Source: Eubacteriaceae bacterium
Lineage (GTDB): Bacteria; Bacillota; Clostridia; Eubacteriales; Eubacteriaceae
DNA length: 64,000 nt
Reading direction: 5' to 3'
NCBI GenBank assembly: GCA_050945075.1
Contig: JBMNSG010000002.1
Location: 5,963-69,962 of the forward strand
Positions within the stretch are counted from its first letter, which is position 1. The number at the start of each line of letters is the position of its first letter. The notes under the pieces are model-generated. The model had not been told where the DNA came from, searched no databases, and worked only from the letters and a program-made list of their open reading frames with translations. The translations under genes were made by a program, and so were the position numbers. Positions 40,442-48,561 of this stretch are shown piece by piece.

Positions 40442-41164
40442 TCAGGAGTTTCGGCCGGTCCTGACAATTCCCGATATTCTGACGCTGTCGTAATCCCCGG
40501 GTATGATCGGAGCATAGCTGGGGTTAAATGAAATGAATTTTCCGTTTCGGTACTGCTTGATAAAGCTCTCTCCGTTGATCAGTGCTACCACGACATCTCC
40601 GTTTTCGGCGGTTCTTGAAGGCTCGACAAATACAATATCACCTTCATAAAAAGCAGGTTCCATACTGTCACCGGTGACCTTTACAGCAAAGCAGGCTTCG
40701 GAAGGAAGCTCATCCGCCGGAAAGCTGACATATTCGTAGTCGTCCGAATCAAGAAAGCTGCCGGTGCCCGCTGAAACAGGAAGGGAATAGAGCGGTATTT
40801 CACGTTGTATAACAACTTCCTTTTCGCTTTTCAGACGTTCTTCCAGTTCTGCAAGATTTTCGATAAGCTGTACGACAACGGCTCGGTTTTCTTCGGTGAG
40901 GTTCTCCCATTGTGCGAAGAAATGCTTGCTTTGAAGTGCCAGTACGCCAGAATCCGGCGTTGTCTCTCCGATCAGTTCAGAGAGTGTGCAGTCCAGGGCT
41001 CTGGAGAGTGCCAGAAGGGTTTTATATCGTGGATCGGTGGTGGTCCCGTCCTGGAGCTTTCTGAGCGTTTTTTCCGGGATTCCGGCTTTGGCAGCGAGAG
41101 CGGTTCCGGACAGTCCTGCTTCTCTGCGTTTTTCTTCTATATGCTGGCTGATACTTTTGTCCAA
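40442..41164 (-). CDS. XRE-type HTH fused to an S24 LexA/UmuD-like self-cleaving peptidase (repressor)
   Basis: 240 aa. N-terminal HTH (LSGTALAAKAGIPEKTLRKLQDG), an Ala-Gly cleavage candidate (PVSAGTGSF), a Ser nucleophile (GDSMEP) and Lys (FIKQY). TTG start after AAGGAGG. Confidence 0.85.
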   Translation of the reverse strand: MDKSISQHIEEKRREAGLSGTALAAKAGIPEKTLRKLQDGTTTDPRYKTLLALSRALDCTLSELIGETTPDSGVLALQSKHFFAQWENLTEENRAVVVQLIENLAELEERLKSEKEVVIQREIPLYSLPVSAGTGSFLDSDDYEYVSFPADELPSEACFAVKVTGDSMEPAFYEGDIVFVEPSRTAENGDVVVALINGESFIKQYRNGKFISFNPSYAPIIPGDYDSVRISGIVRTGRNS

Positions 41165-41232
41165 ATCCGACCTCCTTTTTTCTTATTCTATAATACTACA
41201 AAACGGGGAGAAAGTGCAGGAGGAATCCATAC

Positions 41233-41291
41233 ATATACCCGGAAAAGAGATTGACGTCGTCTATAATAAGGGTATATCCTATAAAAGGATA
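41233..41291. promoter_or_regulatory. Nested inverted repeats in the divergent promoter region (candidate operator)
   Basis: atataccc (41233-41240) and gggtatat (41270-41277) are perfect 8-bp arms flanking TTGACG and TATAAT hexamers. tatcct/aggata follows at 41275-41291. Confidence 0.35.
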
Positions 41292-41325
41292 ATAAATGAG
41301 TAAAAGAGATATAAAGAGGGATAAA

Positions 41326-42591
41326 ATGGACAGAATTATACTCCATTCAGACATGAACAGCTTTTATGCGTCAGTGGAATGTATGGAAAATCCGGATCTC
41401 AAACGAATTCCGATGGTCGTCGGGGGAGACCCGGAAAACAGACACGGGATCGTTCTGGCCAAAAATCAAATGGCAAAAGACTGTGGAATCCAGACTGGTG
41501 AAGCATTATGGGCAGCAAAACAGAAATGTCCGAATCTGACAGTCAGGCCTCCGGATTATCATCGTTATATGGACTTTTCCAGAAGAGCCAGAAAAATTTA
41601 TCTGCGCTATTCGGACAGGGTGGAGCCCTTTGGCCCGGACGAAGCCTGGGTCGAGCTTACCGGGAGTTCTGTTCTTGCAGAAAAAACGCCGCGGCAGGTT
41701 GCGGATGAAATCAGGAAAACCATGCAGCACGAGCTGGGGCTGACCGTTTCAGTCGGCGTGAGCTGGAATAAAATATTTGCGAAGTTCGGATCGGATTATA
41801 AAAAACCGGATGCCGTGACTGAAGTAAACCGCGGGAATTATCATAAAATTGTCTGGGAACGCCCTGTGGGAGATCTTCTGTGTGTGGGACGCTCTACCAG
41901 GGCCCGGCTGGAAGAAACCGGTGTATACACGATCGGGGCCCTTGCCGGGATGGACCGCGAAGAACTGCGGCGGATGCTCGGGAAAAACGGGGAAATTCTC
42001 TGGTATTTTGCCAACGGACTGGATACATCCGAGGTTAAAAGACTGAATGAAAAAACAGTGGGGGCAGATTACGAAATCAAGTCCATCGGCAATTCACTGA
42101 CGGCGCCGCGGGACCTGGTAACGGACGAGGACGTCAAGCTGCTGCTGTTTATGCTCGGAGAATGTGTGGGTATGCGGATGCGGGAGTGCGGGTTCCGCTG
42201 CCGGACTGTGGAGATTCATATACGGGACAAGGAACTCAGAAGTTTCTCCAGGCAGAGAAAGCTGCCACGCGCGACTATGCTCACAGAGGATATTGTCCGC
42301 TGCGGCTATGCGCTGTATAAAGAAAATTATCAGATCAGTGAAACAGCCGGCATCCGTTCTCTGGGGATTCGTGCCTGCAATCTGGTTCCGGCCGGGGAGC
42401 CTTGCCAGCTGACACTGACAGACGATCCGTTCAAAATGCAGCGGACAGAAGACCTGGAATCGGTGATGGACAGAATCAGGCATCGGTTTGGAAATAATGC
42501 CGTCAGACGGGCGGTGACCCTGGGAGACAGCATGTCGGGAATGGATTTTAAGGCGGATCATATTGTACATCCGGTCGGTTATTTTGCCTGA
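41326..42591 (+). CDS. Y-family DNA polymerase (DinB/UmuC-like translesion polymerase)
   Basis: MDRIILHSDMNSFYASVE N-terminus and SVGVSWNKIFAK. The ATG at 41326 follows AGAGGGA; the ORF is open from 41296. Confidence 0.88.
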   Translation: MDRIILHSDMNSFYASVECMENPDLKRIPMVVGGDPENRHGIVLAKNQMAKDCGIQTGEALWAAKQKCPNLTVRPPDYHRYMDFSRRARKIYLRYSDRVEPFGPDEAWVELTGSSVLAEKTPRQVADEIRKTMQHELGLTVSVGVSWNKIFAKFGSDYKKPDAVTEVNRGNYHKIVWERPVGDLLCVGRSTRARLEETGVYTIGALAGMDREELRRMLGKNGEILWYFANGLDTSEVKRLNEKTVGADYEIKSIGNSLTAPRDLVTDEDVKLLLFMLGECVGMRMRECGFRCRTVEIHIRDKELRSFSRQRKLPRATMLTEDIVRCGYALYKENYQISETAGIRSLGIRACNLVPAGEPCQLTLTDDPFKMQRTEDLESVMDRIRHRFGNNAVRRAVTLGDSMSGMDFKADHIVHPVGYFA

Positions 42592-42602
42592 CAGGTCTGC
42601 AA

Positions 42603-42866
42603 GTGGGAGAATTTCGTGTAAAATGCTACGTCAGCGTTGAGGTGTATTATACTTCTGCCGGTCAGCTTATCCCGCTGTCTGTGGAGTGGGAGGATGGCAG
42701 GGTGTTTCACATTGACCGGGCGGAAGAGCCGGAGCCTGCCGTGTCCAGAACCGGATCGTGCGGGGAGCGTTATGCCTGCAGCATTCACGGTGTGAAGACG
42801 TTTCTGTATTATGAAGATCCGGCCTGGTTTGTGGAAAAGAAGACAGGACGGAAAAGCGGACAATAA
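42603..42866 (+). CDS. Hypothetical 87-aa protein co-transcribed with the Y-family polymerase
   Basis: GTG start 11 nt after the polymerase stop. Globular composition (LSVEWEDGRVFHIDR ... YYEDPAWFVEKK). No family recognised. Confidence 0.45.
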   Translation: MGEFRVKCYVSVEVYYTSAGQLIPLSVEWEDGRVFHIDRAEEPEPAVSRTGSCGERYACSIHGVKTFLYYEDPAWFVEKKTGRKSGQ

Positions 42867-42867
42867 A

Positions 42868-42893
42868 ACAGACCCGTATTTAGGCGGGTCTGT
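42868..42893 (-). terminator. Terminator of the P-type ATPase operon
   Basis: acagacccg / 8-nt loop / cgggtctgt; the T-run (ttttatt) is present on the minus strand. Confidence 0.7.
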
Positions 42894-42917
42894 AAGGGAA
42901 GTTGTATTCAGATTCTG

Positions 42918-44825
42918 TTATTCTGCCGGTTCTGTGTCCCGGATGATTTTGTTTTGACTCGAATCAGGTTTGTTAATGAATTCTTTGATTGAAAGCATAC
43001 GCATCGAGTTGAGAATAGCGATAATCGATACGCCTACATCTGCAAATACAGCGTCCCACATGGTGGCAATACCCAAAGCACCGAGTATCAGGAACAGAGC
43101 CTTGATTCCAAGGGCGAACCAGATGTTTTCAGTAACAATTTTGCGTGTTTTTGCTGAGACACGCATGGCTGTGGAGATTCGTTCCGGATTGTCATCCATG
43201 ATGACAACATCTGCGGCTTCGATAGCAGCGTCTGATCCGACACCGCCCATGGCGATTCCGATATCCGCACGCATCAGTACCGGTGCGTCGTTAATACCGT
43301 CGCCCACGAAGGCCAGCTGTGATCCTTCTGGTTTGTTTTTGATCAGTTCTTCGACTTTATCGACCTTCATACCCGGAAGCAGTTCTGCATAGACCTTGCC
43401 AATGCCGATTTCCGCACCGACGGCTTCCCCGACTTTACGGGTATCTCCGGTAAGCATGACAGTCTGTTCGACGCCCTGAGCCTTCAGTTCGGCCAGTGCT
43501 TCTTTTGCTGTCGGTTTGATTTCATCGGAAATCGTGATACTGCCGGCATATTTTCCGTCGATGTCTACATAAACGACTGTTCCGATTCCGGCGGCAGGTG
43601 AGAATTTGGTGCCCAGTGTTTCCATAAGCCGTGCGTTTCCAGCATGAACCGTATGTTCACCAATGACAGCACGTACGCCTTTACCGGTCAGGGTTTCATA
43701 GTCGCTGACTACGGAATTATCCAGATCTTTTCCCCAGGCGTTTTTCAGGGATACTGAAATCGGATGGTCTGAAAAGGATTCTGCCAGTGCTGTCACGTTA
43801 AGCAGTTCATCGCTGCTTATTCCGGAAACAGGGCTGATGTCCGTCACATTGAAAACGCCCTTTGTCAGGGTACCGGTTTTGTCAAAGACAGCCGTTTTAA
43901 TTTTACACAACTGTTCCAGATAATTGGATCCCTTGACCAGAACGCCCAGCTTGGAAGCGGCGCCAATGCCGCCGAAGAAGCCCAGCGGAACAGAAATAAC
44001 CAGGGCACAGGGACAGGAGATGACAAGGAATGTCAGTGCCCGGCTGATCCACTGCTGCCACATCCCGTCAAAGAAAGGCGGAATGAAGGCCAGCAGCACT
44101 GCACCAATGGTTACACAAGGTGTATACCATCTGGCAAAGCGGGTGATGAACTGTTCGGAATTCGATTTTTTAGAGGCTGCGTTTTCGACCAGTTCCAGTA
44201 TTTTGGCAACTGTCGATTCGTCAGCTTCTGTTGTGACTTTTACACGCAGGACACCGTTGGTATCAATGCATCCTGACATGATATCCTGACCTTCGACGAT
44301 TTCACGGGGAACAGATTCACCGGTCAGTGCGGCTGTATCCAGCAGTGCTTTACCGCTGATGACAGTTCCGTCCAGGGGAACACGTTCGCCCGGCTTGACT
44401 ACGATAATCTGTCCGATTTCAACATCGTCCGGATCTACCTGCGTCAGTTTTCCGTCTTCTTCTACATTGGCGTAGTCGGGACGGAGGTCCATCAGCGAAG
44501 AGATGGACTGCCGTGAACGTCCGACGGCATAGCTCTGAAAAAGCTCGCCAACCTGGTAGAACAGCATAACCGCAACACCTTCCGGATAATCGCCCAGCAG
44601 GAAAGCGCCGACGGTAGCCAGCGTCATCAGGAAGTTTTCATCGAAAACCTGTCCGTGTGCAATACCCTTGAAGGCCCGTATGACAATTTCCAGTCCGACG
44701 GTCAGGTAGGCGGCCAGATAGATGATCAGTTTCCAGGGGCCTGTTTCGGGAACCAGATAACCAATCCCGAACAGAGCCGCCGCGGCAAAGATCTGCCATA
44801 GCAGTTTTTTCTGTTTTTTTGTCAT
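42918..44825 (-). CDS. Heavy-metal translocating P1B-type ATPase (Cd/Zn/Co class likely), lacking a fused N-terminal metal-binding domain
   Basis: 635 aa. SCPCAL (CPC), DKTGTLT, SDHP, GDGINDAP and MVGDG-like motifs. Confidence 0.92.
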   Translation of the reverse strand: MTKKQKKLLWQIFAAAALFGIGYLVPETGPWKLIIYLAAYLTVGLEIVIRAFKGIAHGQVFDENFLMTLATVGAFLLGDYPEGVAVMLFYQVGELFQSYAVGRSRQSISSLMDLRPDYANVEEDGKLTQVDPDDVEIGQIIVVKPGERVPLDGTVISGKALLDTAALTGESVPREIVEGQDIMSGCIDTNGVLRVKVTTEADESTVAKILELVENAASKKSNSEQFITRFARWYTPCVTIGAVLLAFIPPFFDGMWQQWISRALTFLVISCPCALVISVPLGFFGGIGAASKLGVLVKGSNYLEQLCKIKTAVFDKTGTLTKGVFNVTDISPVSGISSDELLNVTALAESFSDHPISVSLKNAWGKDLDNSVVSDYETLTGKGVRAVIGEHTVHAGNARLMETLGTKFSPAAGIGTVVYVDIDGKYAGSITISDEIKPTAKEALAELKAQGVEQTVMLTGDTRKVGEAVGAEIGIGKVYAELLPGMKVDKVEELIKNKPEGSQLAFVGDGINDAPVLMRADIGIAMGGVGSDAAIEAADVVIMDDNPERISTAMRVSAKTRKIVTENIWFALGIKALFLILGALGIATMWDAVFADVGVSIIAILNSMRMLSIKEFINKPDSSQNKIIRDTEPAE

Positions 44826-44827
44826 GA

Positions 44828-45049
44828 TTATTTACGGATGATTTTTACATCCGGTTCAATTTTATTGCAGGCCTTCTGTGCTTCGTCAAGAATGCGGTCC
44901 ATATCCGCTTCGTCTGCTTCAATGGTCAGTTTCTGTGTCATAAAACTGAGAACGGCATTTTCAACACCCGGAATTTTTTTGATCGCGTCTTCCATTTTTG
45001 CAGCACAGTTGGCACAGTCGATTTCTTCCATTTTAAATTTCTTTTTCAT
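44828..45049 (-). CDS. Heavy-metal-associated (HMA) domain protein, CopZ-like
   Basis: 73 aa. IDCANCAAKMEDAI CxxC motif. Its stop is 2 nt before the ATPase start. Confidence 0.85.
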   Translation of the reverse strand: MKKKFKMEEIDCANCAAKMEDAIKKIPGVENAVLSFMTQKLTIEADEADMDRILDEAQKACNKIEPDVKIIRK

Positions 45050-45123
45050 TTTATTTACCTTTCAGATTTGAATGATTTCAGCAGTAACCGGAAAGGTTCT
45101 GCTCTATAACGTACAGTTGATGA

Positions 45124-45456
45124 TTATTCCTGAATATGAGCGAGTCCCTGATTAAAAATCGTATAGACATGATTGTCTGCGAGTGAATAATAGACGGTTT
45201 TTCCGTCTCTTCTGTTTTTTACCAGTTTCGCCTGTTTGAGTACCCGCAGCTGATGGGAGATAGCGGATTGGGTCATGTTCAGAAGCTCGGCGATTTCCGA
45301 AACAGACAGTTCAGATTCAAACAGGGCACAGAGAATACGGACCCGGGTTGAATCGCCGAAAACCTTGAAAAGTTCCGCCAGATCGTACAGTGTTTCTTCT
45401 TCCGGCATTTTCTGTTTCAGAATCTGCAGGGAAGAATGAAGTATTTCCTCCGGCAT
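45124..45456 (-). CDS. ArsR/SmtB-family metalloregulator (CadC/CzrA-like)
   Basis: The ATG at 45456 follows GGAGG. ELFKVFGDSTRVRILCAL and SAISHQLRVLK wHTH motifs. Confidence 0.85.
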   Translation of the reverse strand: MPEEILHSSLQILKQKMPEEETLYDLAELFKVFGDSTRVRILCALFESELSVSEIAELLNMTQSAISHQLRVLKQAKLVKNRRDGKTVYYSLADNHVYTIFNQGLAHIQE

Positions 45457-45486
45457 AAATGCCTCCTTCCATCGTTTTATCAAACA

Positions 45487-45512
45487 AACATATGAACAAA
45501 TATTCATATGTT
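45487..45512. promoter_or_regulatory. Perfect 10-6-10 inverted repeat, candidate ArsR/SmtB operator
   Basis: aacatatgaa caaata ttcatatgtt, 31 nt upstream of the arsR-like start. The TGAACAAATATTCA core resembles known SmtB/CzrA-type 12-2-12 operators. Confidence 0.6.
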
Positions 45513-45818
45513 CATAAGTCTATTATACAGAATCTTTATACCCTGTCAAGACAAAAAAACGTTCTGAGACATTGTAAATTATTAAATAAAGAATCTTTTT
45601 GGAGTATGAGACATTTCTATACCTGTATACGATACACAGCCAGAATTTCACCATTTACAGATAAATTTATGTTGATTAATAGATTTTTGTTGTACAAAAA
45701 GGAATTTGATTGTAAACTATTACTTGTAGAAGGAATGCGCATTATACTTCAATTCGTAATCAGTTGCGCTAGCTGTTACGAAATAATGCAATTTTATTTT
45801 ATTCAAGGGGGATGGATT

Positions 45819-46565
45819 ATGTATCCATATTTATCAGAATTTATCGGCACATGCATGCTGGTAATCTTAGGGGATGGCGTTTGCGCCAGTAACGGTTTGG
45901 AAGGTTCATTGTTTAAGGGTTCCGGTCCTGTATACGTAATGATTGGATGGGGTCTTGCAGTCGCCCTGCCGGCTATGGCTTTCGGCTATCAGTCAGCAGC
46001 TCACTTCAATCCTGTTCTGACAATCGCTATGGCAGTTATCGGATCATTCCCATGGTCAATGGTTCCGGGTTATATTCTTGCACAGATGTGCGGTGGTTTC
46101 CTGGGAGCTATTATCGTATGGCTTATCTATAAAGACCAGTTTGCTCTTACCGAAAAAACATTTGGCGAAGACAGCATCGGCACCTGCAGAGGTACATTCT
46201 GCACAGGCCCTGCGATTCGTAATCTTGGCCAGAACTTCTTTGGTGAATTAGCAGCAACCTTCTTCCTCGTATTCCTGATCGTTTGCATTACACCGACTGC
46301 TGCTACAGTTGGACTGAACTACTGGTTCGTATTTGCAATCATCATGTGCTGCGGTTTCTCACTTGGTTCAACAACAGGTTTTGCTATGAACCCTGCACGT
46401 GATACTGCACCGAGACTGGCATATGCCCTGCTTCCTTTCAAATATAAGGATGCGGACTGGAAATACGCATGGGTTCCGATTCTTGGACCTCTCTGCGGAG
46501 CTATCCTTGGCGGACTACTGGGCAGCGTTGTAACATCGTGGCCTGGACTGTCATCATTTCTTTAA
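45819..46565 (+). CDS. glpF: Aquaglyceroporin (MIP family, GlpF-like)
   Basis: The ATG at 45819 follows AAGGGGGA. MYPYLSEFIGTCMLVILGDG N-terminus. The second box is NPARD; the first box reads NPV. The ORF-track extension back to 45459 is non-coding AT-rich DNA. Confidence 0.88.
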   Translation: MYPYLSEFIGTCMLVILGDGVCASNGLEGSLFKGSGPVYVMIGWGLAVALPAMAFGYQSAAHFNPVLTIAMAVIGSFPWSMVPGYILAQMCGGFLGAIIVWLIYKDQFALTEKTFGEDSIGTCRGTFCTGPAIRNLGQNFFGELAATFFLVFLIVCITPTAATVGLNYWFVFAIIMCCGFSLGSTTGFAMNPARDTAPRLAYALLPFKYKDADWKYAWVPILGPLCGAILGGLLGSVVTSWPGLSSFL

Positions 46566-46590
46566 TCCAATTTAGTTGCGCACCTTCACA

Positions 46591-46616
46591 AAGCCGCTCG
46601 AAAGAGCGGCTTTTCT
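46591..46616 (+). terminator. Terminator after glpF
   Basis: gccgctc / gaaa / gagcggc followed by tttt. Confidence 0.8.
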
Positions 46617-46622
46617 TATACA

Positions 46623-46653
46623 TAAAAAAACCGCGGATTCAGGAATCCGCGGT
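46623..46653 (-). terminator. Terminator of the G3P dehydrogenase-like gene
   Basis: accgcggattc / gaatccgcggt stem, with a T-run on the minus strand. Confidence 0.8.
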
Positions 46654-46660
46654 TTAATGA

Positions 46661-48133
46661 TCAGTCCTTCAGATGGCTTTCAATATATTCTACAATTTCT
46701 TCTTTTCCGACTCTGTTGACACCGGAATGTTCAATATCAAAACCGGGATTGACCTGATATCCAAGCTTTTCTGACAGAACAGCCGCTACACGGGCACGGC
46801 AGAATGTTCCCTGGCACCAGCCCATTCCGGCTCTGGTTCTACGCTTGATTCCGTCAAATGTCGTAACCGGAATTTCACGTGAAAGAGCATCGTCAATGGT
46901 TGCCCTGGAAACCTGTTCACAGCGGCAGATATAACAGTTCGGATCGGATAACGGTAATTCCACTTTTTTCATGGCTTCGTTCATCGGTTCCAGAATTTTC
47001 CTGGTAATAATGGGTTTCCGGTTCGGATCAAAATCAGGATTTTCCGTCAACACCAGTCCGGCCTTCGGCAGCAGTTCGTGAACGACCATCTGTGCAATAG
47101 CCGGAGAAGATGTGAGTCCGGGCGACTGGATACCGGCTACGTTGATAAAACCGGGAACTTTTTCGCTTTCCTTTATAATAAAGTCATCGGTGCTGGAAAC
47201 TGGCCGCACACCGGTAAAGCTGCGGATGAACTGTTTGATATTGATCTTTTCGGACGTCAGAAGTGCTTCTTTATAAATTTTAAGCAGACGTTCCGCATGG
47301 GTATCACGGTCTGCGAAGTCTTCATCGACCGCATCAGGACCGAGCAGCAGGTTGCCGTGGTAGGTAGGTGTAATCAGAATCCCTTTGCCCATTTTTGTCG
47401 GCATCTGGAACAGGACGGTATTAAAAGCACTTCCTGAACCTCTGACCATCAGCATATATTCGCCGGAACGCGGATGAATGGTAAAGCTGTCGTCACCAGC
47501 CAGTGCTGAAACTTTATCGGCAGAAACACCTGCACAGTTTATGACAAAACGTGCCGGGAAAACCCGTTCATTGGTGGATGTTATTTCAAAGCCGTTGTCC
47601 GTTTTATCGATGGCAATAACAGGCGCTTCCAGAAACAGTCTGGCGCCGTTGTGTATGGCGTTTTCCATCATGGCGATTGCCATTTCATATGGAGAACATA
47701 CACCGGCTCCCTTGCAGTATAATGCGTATTTGACGTCGGGATTGACATTGGGTTCCATCGCGACGATCTGATCGTGTTCGATAATGGATATATCGTCCAG
47801 ACCGTTCAGTTTTCCATTGGCCAGCAGTTTTTCAAGCTCTGCTTTCTGGTCTTCGTCAAAAGCCAGAACCAGCGAACCGATGGGATCAAATCCGAAATGA
47901 AGTTCATTATCCAGTTTCTGAAACTGTCTGCGGCCCTGATAGCACAGGCGCCCCTTCAGTTTCGCATGTGCTTCCGCATAACCGCCGTGGACGATAGCAG
48001 AATTCGCTTTGGTTGCACCCATTGCCACATCATCACGTTCTTCGAGCAGAACGGTTTTGACGTTGTATTTCGACAATTCCCGCGCAATGCTCGTCCCTGT
48101 GATTCCCCCGCCGATGATAGCTACGTCGTACAT
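46661..48133 (-). CDS. FAD-dependent glycerol-3-phosphate dehydrogenase/oxidase-like oxidoreductase with a C-terminal BFD-like [2Fe-2S] domain
   Basis: 490 aa. MYDVAIIGGGITGTSIAREL dinucleotide fold, and C-terminal Cys motifs CYICRCEQVS and GMGWCQGTFC. Adjacent to glpF. Confidence 0.75.
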   Translation of the reverse strand: MYDVAIIGGGITGTSIARELSKYNVKTVLLEERDDVAMGATKANSAIVHGGYAEAHAKLKGRLCYQGRRQFQKLDNELHFGFDPIGSLVLAFDEDQKAELEKLLANGKLNGLDDISIIEHDQIVAMEPNVNPDVKYALYCKGAGVCSPYEMAIAMMENAIHNGARLFLEAPVIAIDKTDNGFEITSTNERVFPARFVINCAGVSADKVSALAGDDSFTIHPRSGEYMLMVRGSGSAFNTVLFQMPTKMGKGILITPTYHGNLLLGPDAVDEDFADRDTHAERLLKIYKEALLTSEKINIKQFIRSFTGVRPVSSTDDFIIKESEKVPGFINVAGIQSPGLTSSPAIAQMVVHELLPKAGLVLTENPDFDPNRKPIITRKILEPMNEAMKKVELPLSDPNCYICRCEQVSRATIDDALSREIPVTTFDGIKRRTRAGMGWCQGTFCRARVAAVLSEKLGYQVNPGFDIEHSGVNRVGKEEIVEYIESHLKD

Positions 48134-48184
48134 AATATCTCCTTTACTGAATGAAAATTAATCCTGAGAAAAACAAAAAAAGAC

Positions 48185-48213
48185 TTGCATCTTATTTGCC
48201 CAGGTTGTATACT
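48185..48213 (+). promoter_or_regulatory. Promoter of tRNA-Arg
   Basis: TTGCAT, a 17-nt spacer, then TATACT, ending 20 nt before the tRNA 5' end. Confidence 0.55.
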
Positions 48214-48233
48214 AGAAAAGTACTGAAATTCAC

Positions 48234-48310
48234 GTGCCATTAGCTCAGCTGGATAGAGCGTTCGGCTACGAACCGAAAGGTCGGGGGTTCGAATCCCTCA
48301 TGGCACGCCA
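48234..48310 (+). tRNA. tRNA-Arg (anticodon ACG)
   Basis: Hand-folded: acceptor GTGCCAT/ATGGCAC, D arm GCTC/GAGC, anticodon stem TTCGG/CCGAA with loop CTACGAA, T arm GGGGG-TTCGAAT-CCCTC, encoded CCA. Confidence 0.9.
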
Positions 48311-48322
48311 TTTAGAAAACAT

Positions 48323-48343
48323 GCACCGTAAGGTGCTTTTTTT
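48323..48343 (+). terminator. Terminator after tRNA-Arg
   Basis: gcacc / gtaa / ggtgc followed by ttttttt. Confidence 0.75.
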
Positions 48344-48561
48344 ATACCCTGAAACCGGATCATAAAATAGATTTTTGATTTTTCGGCGGCCTGACAGATT
48401 TTTGAAACCTGACCTTTATGGTTATCTTCATTGTACGCCAATTTGCCGGTTATGAACAATTAAATTTAAAAAAATATCTGAATATGGAAACCAGGTTGCA
48501 TGTATCATTGCTTTGAAGAAACTCCATGATGTTTTATCCTCAAGACAATTAATTATAGTTA

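Noticed and set aside
41165-41325. Canonical Gram-positive LexA (Cheo) box controlling the Y-family polymerase
   Set aside because: No CGAAC-N4-GTTCG-like sequence is present in the divergent intergenic region.
45459-45818. 120-codon N-terminal extension of the glpF ORF
   Set aside because: The region is AT-rich, and its translation is not protein-like. It also overlaps the arsR-like gene's 5' end, start codon and operator. A canonical MIP N-terminus begins at the ATG at 45819, which has a strong RBS.
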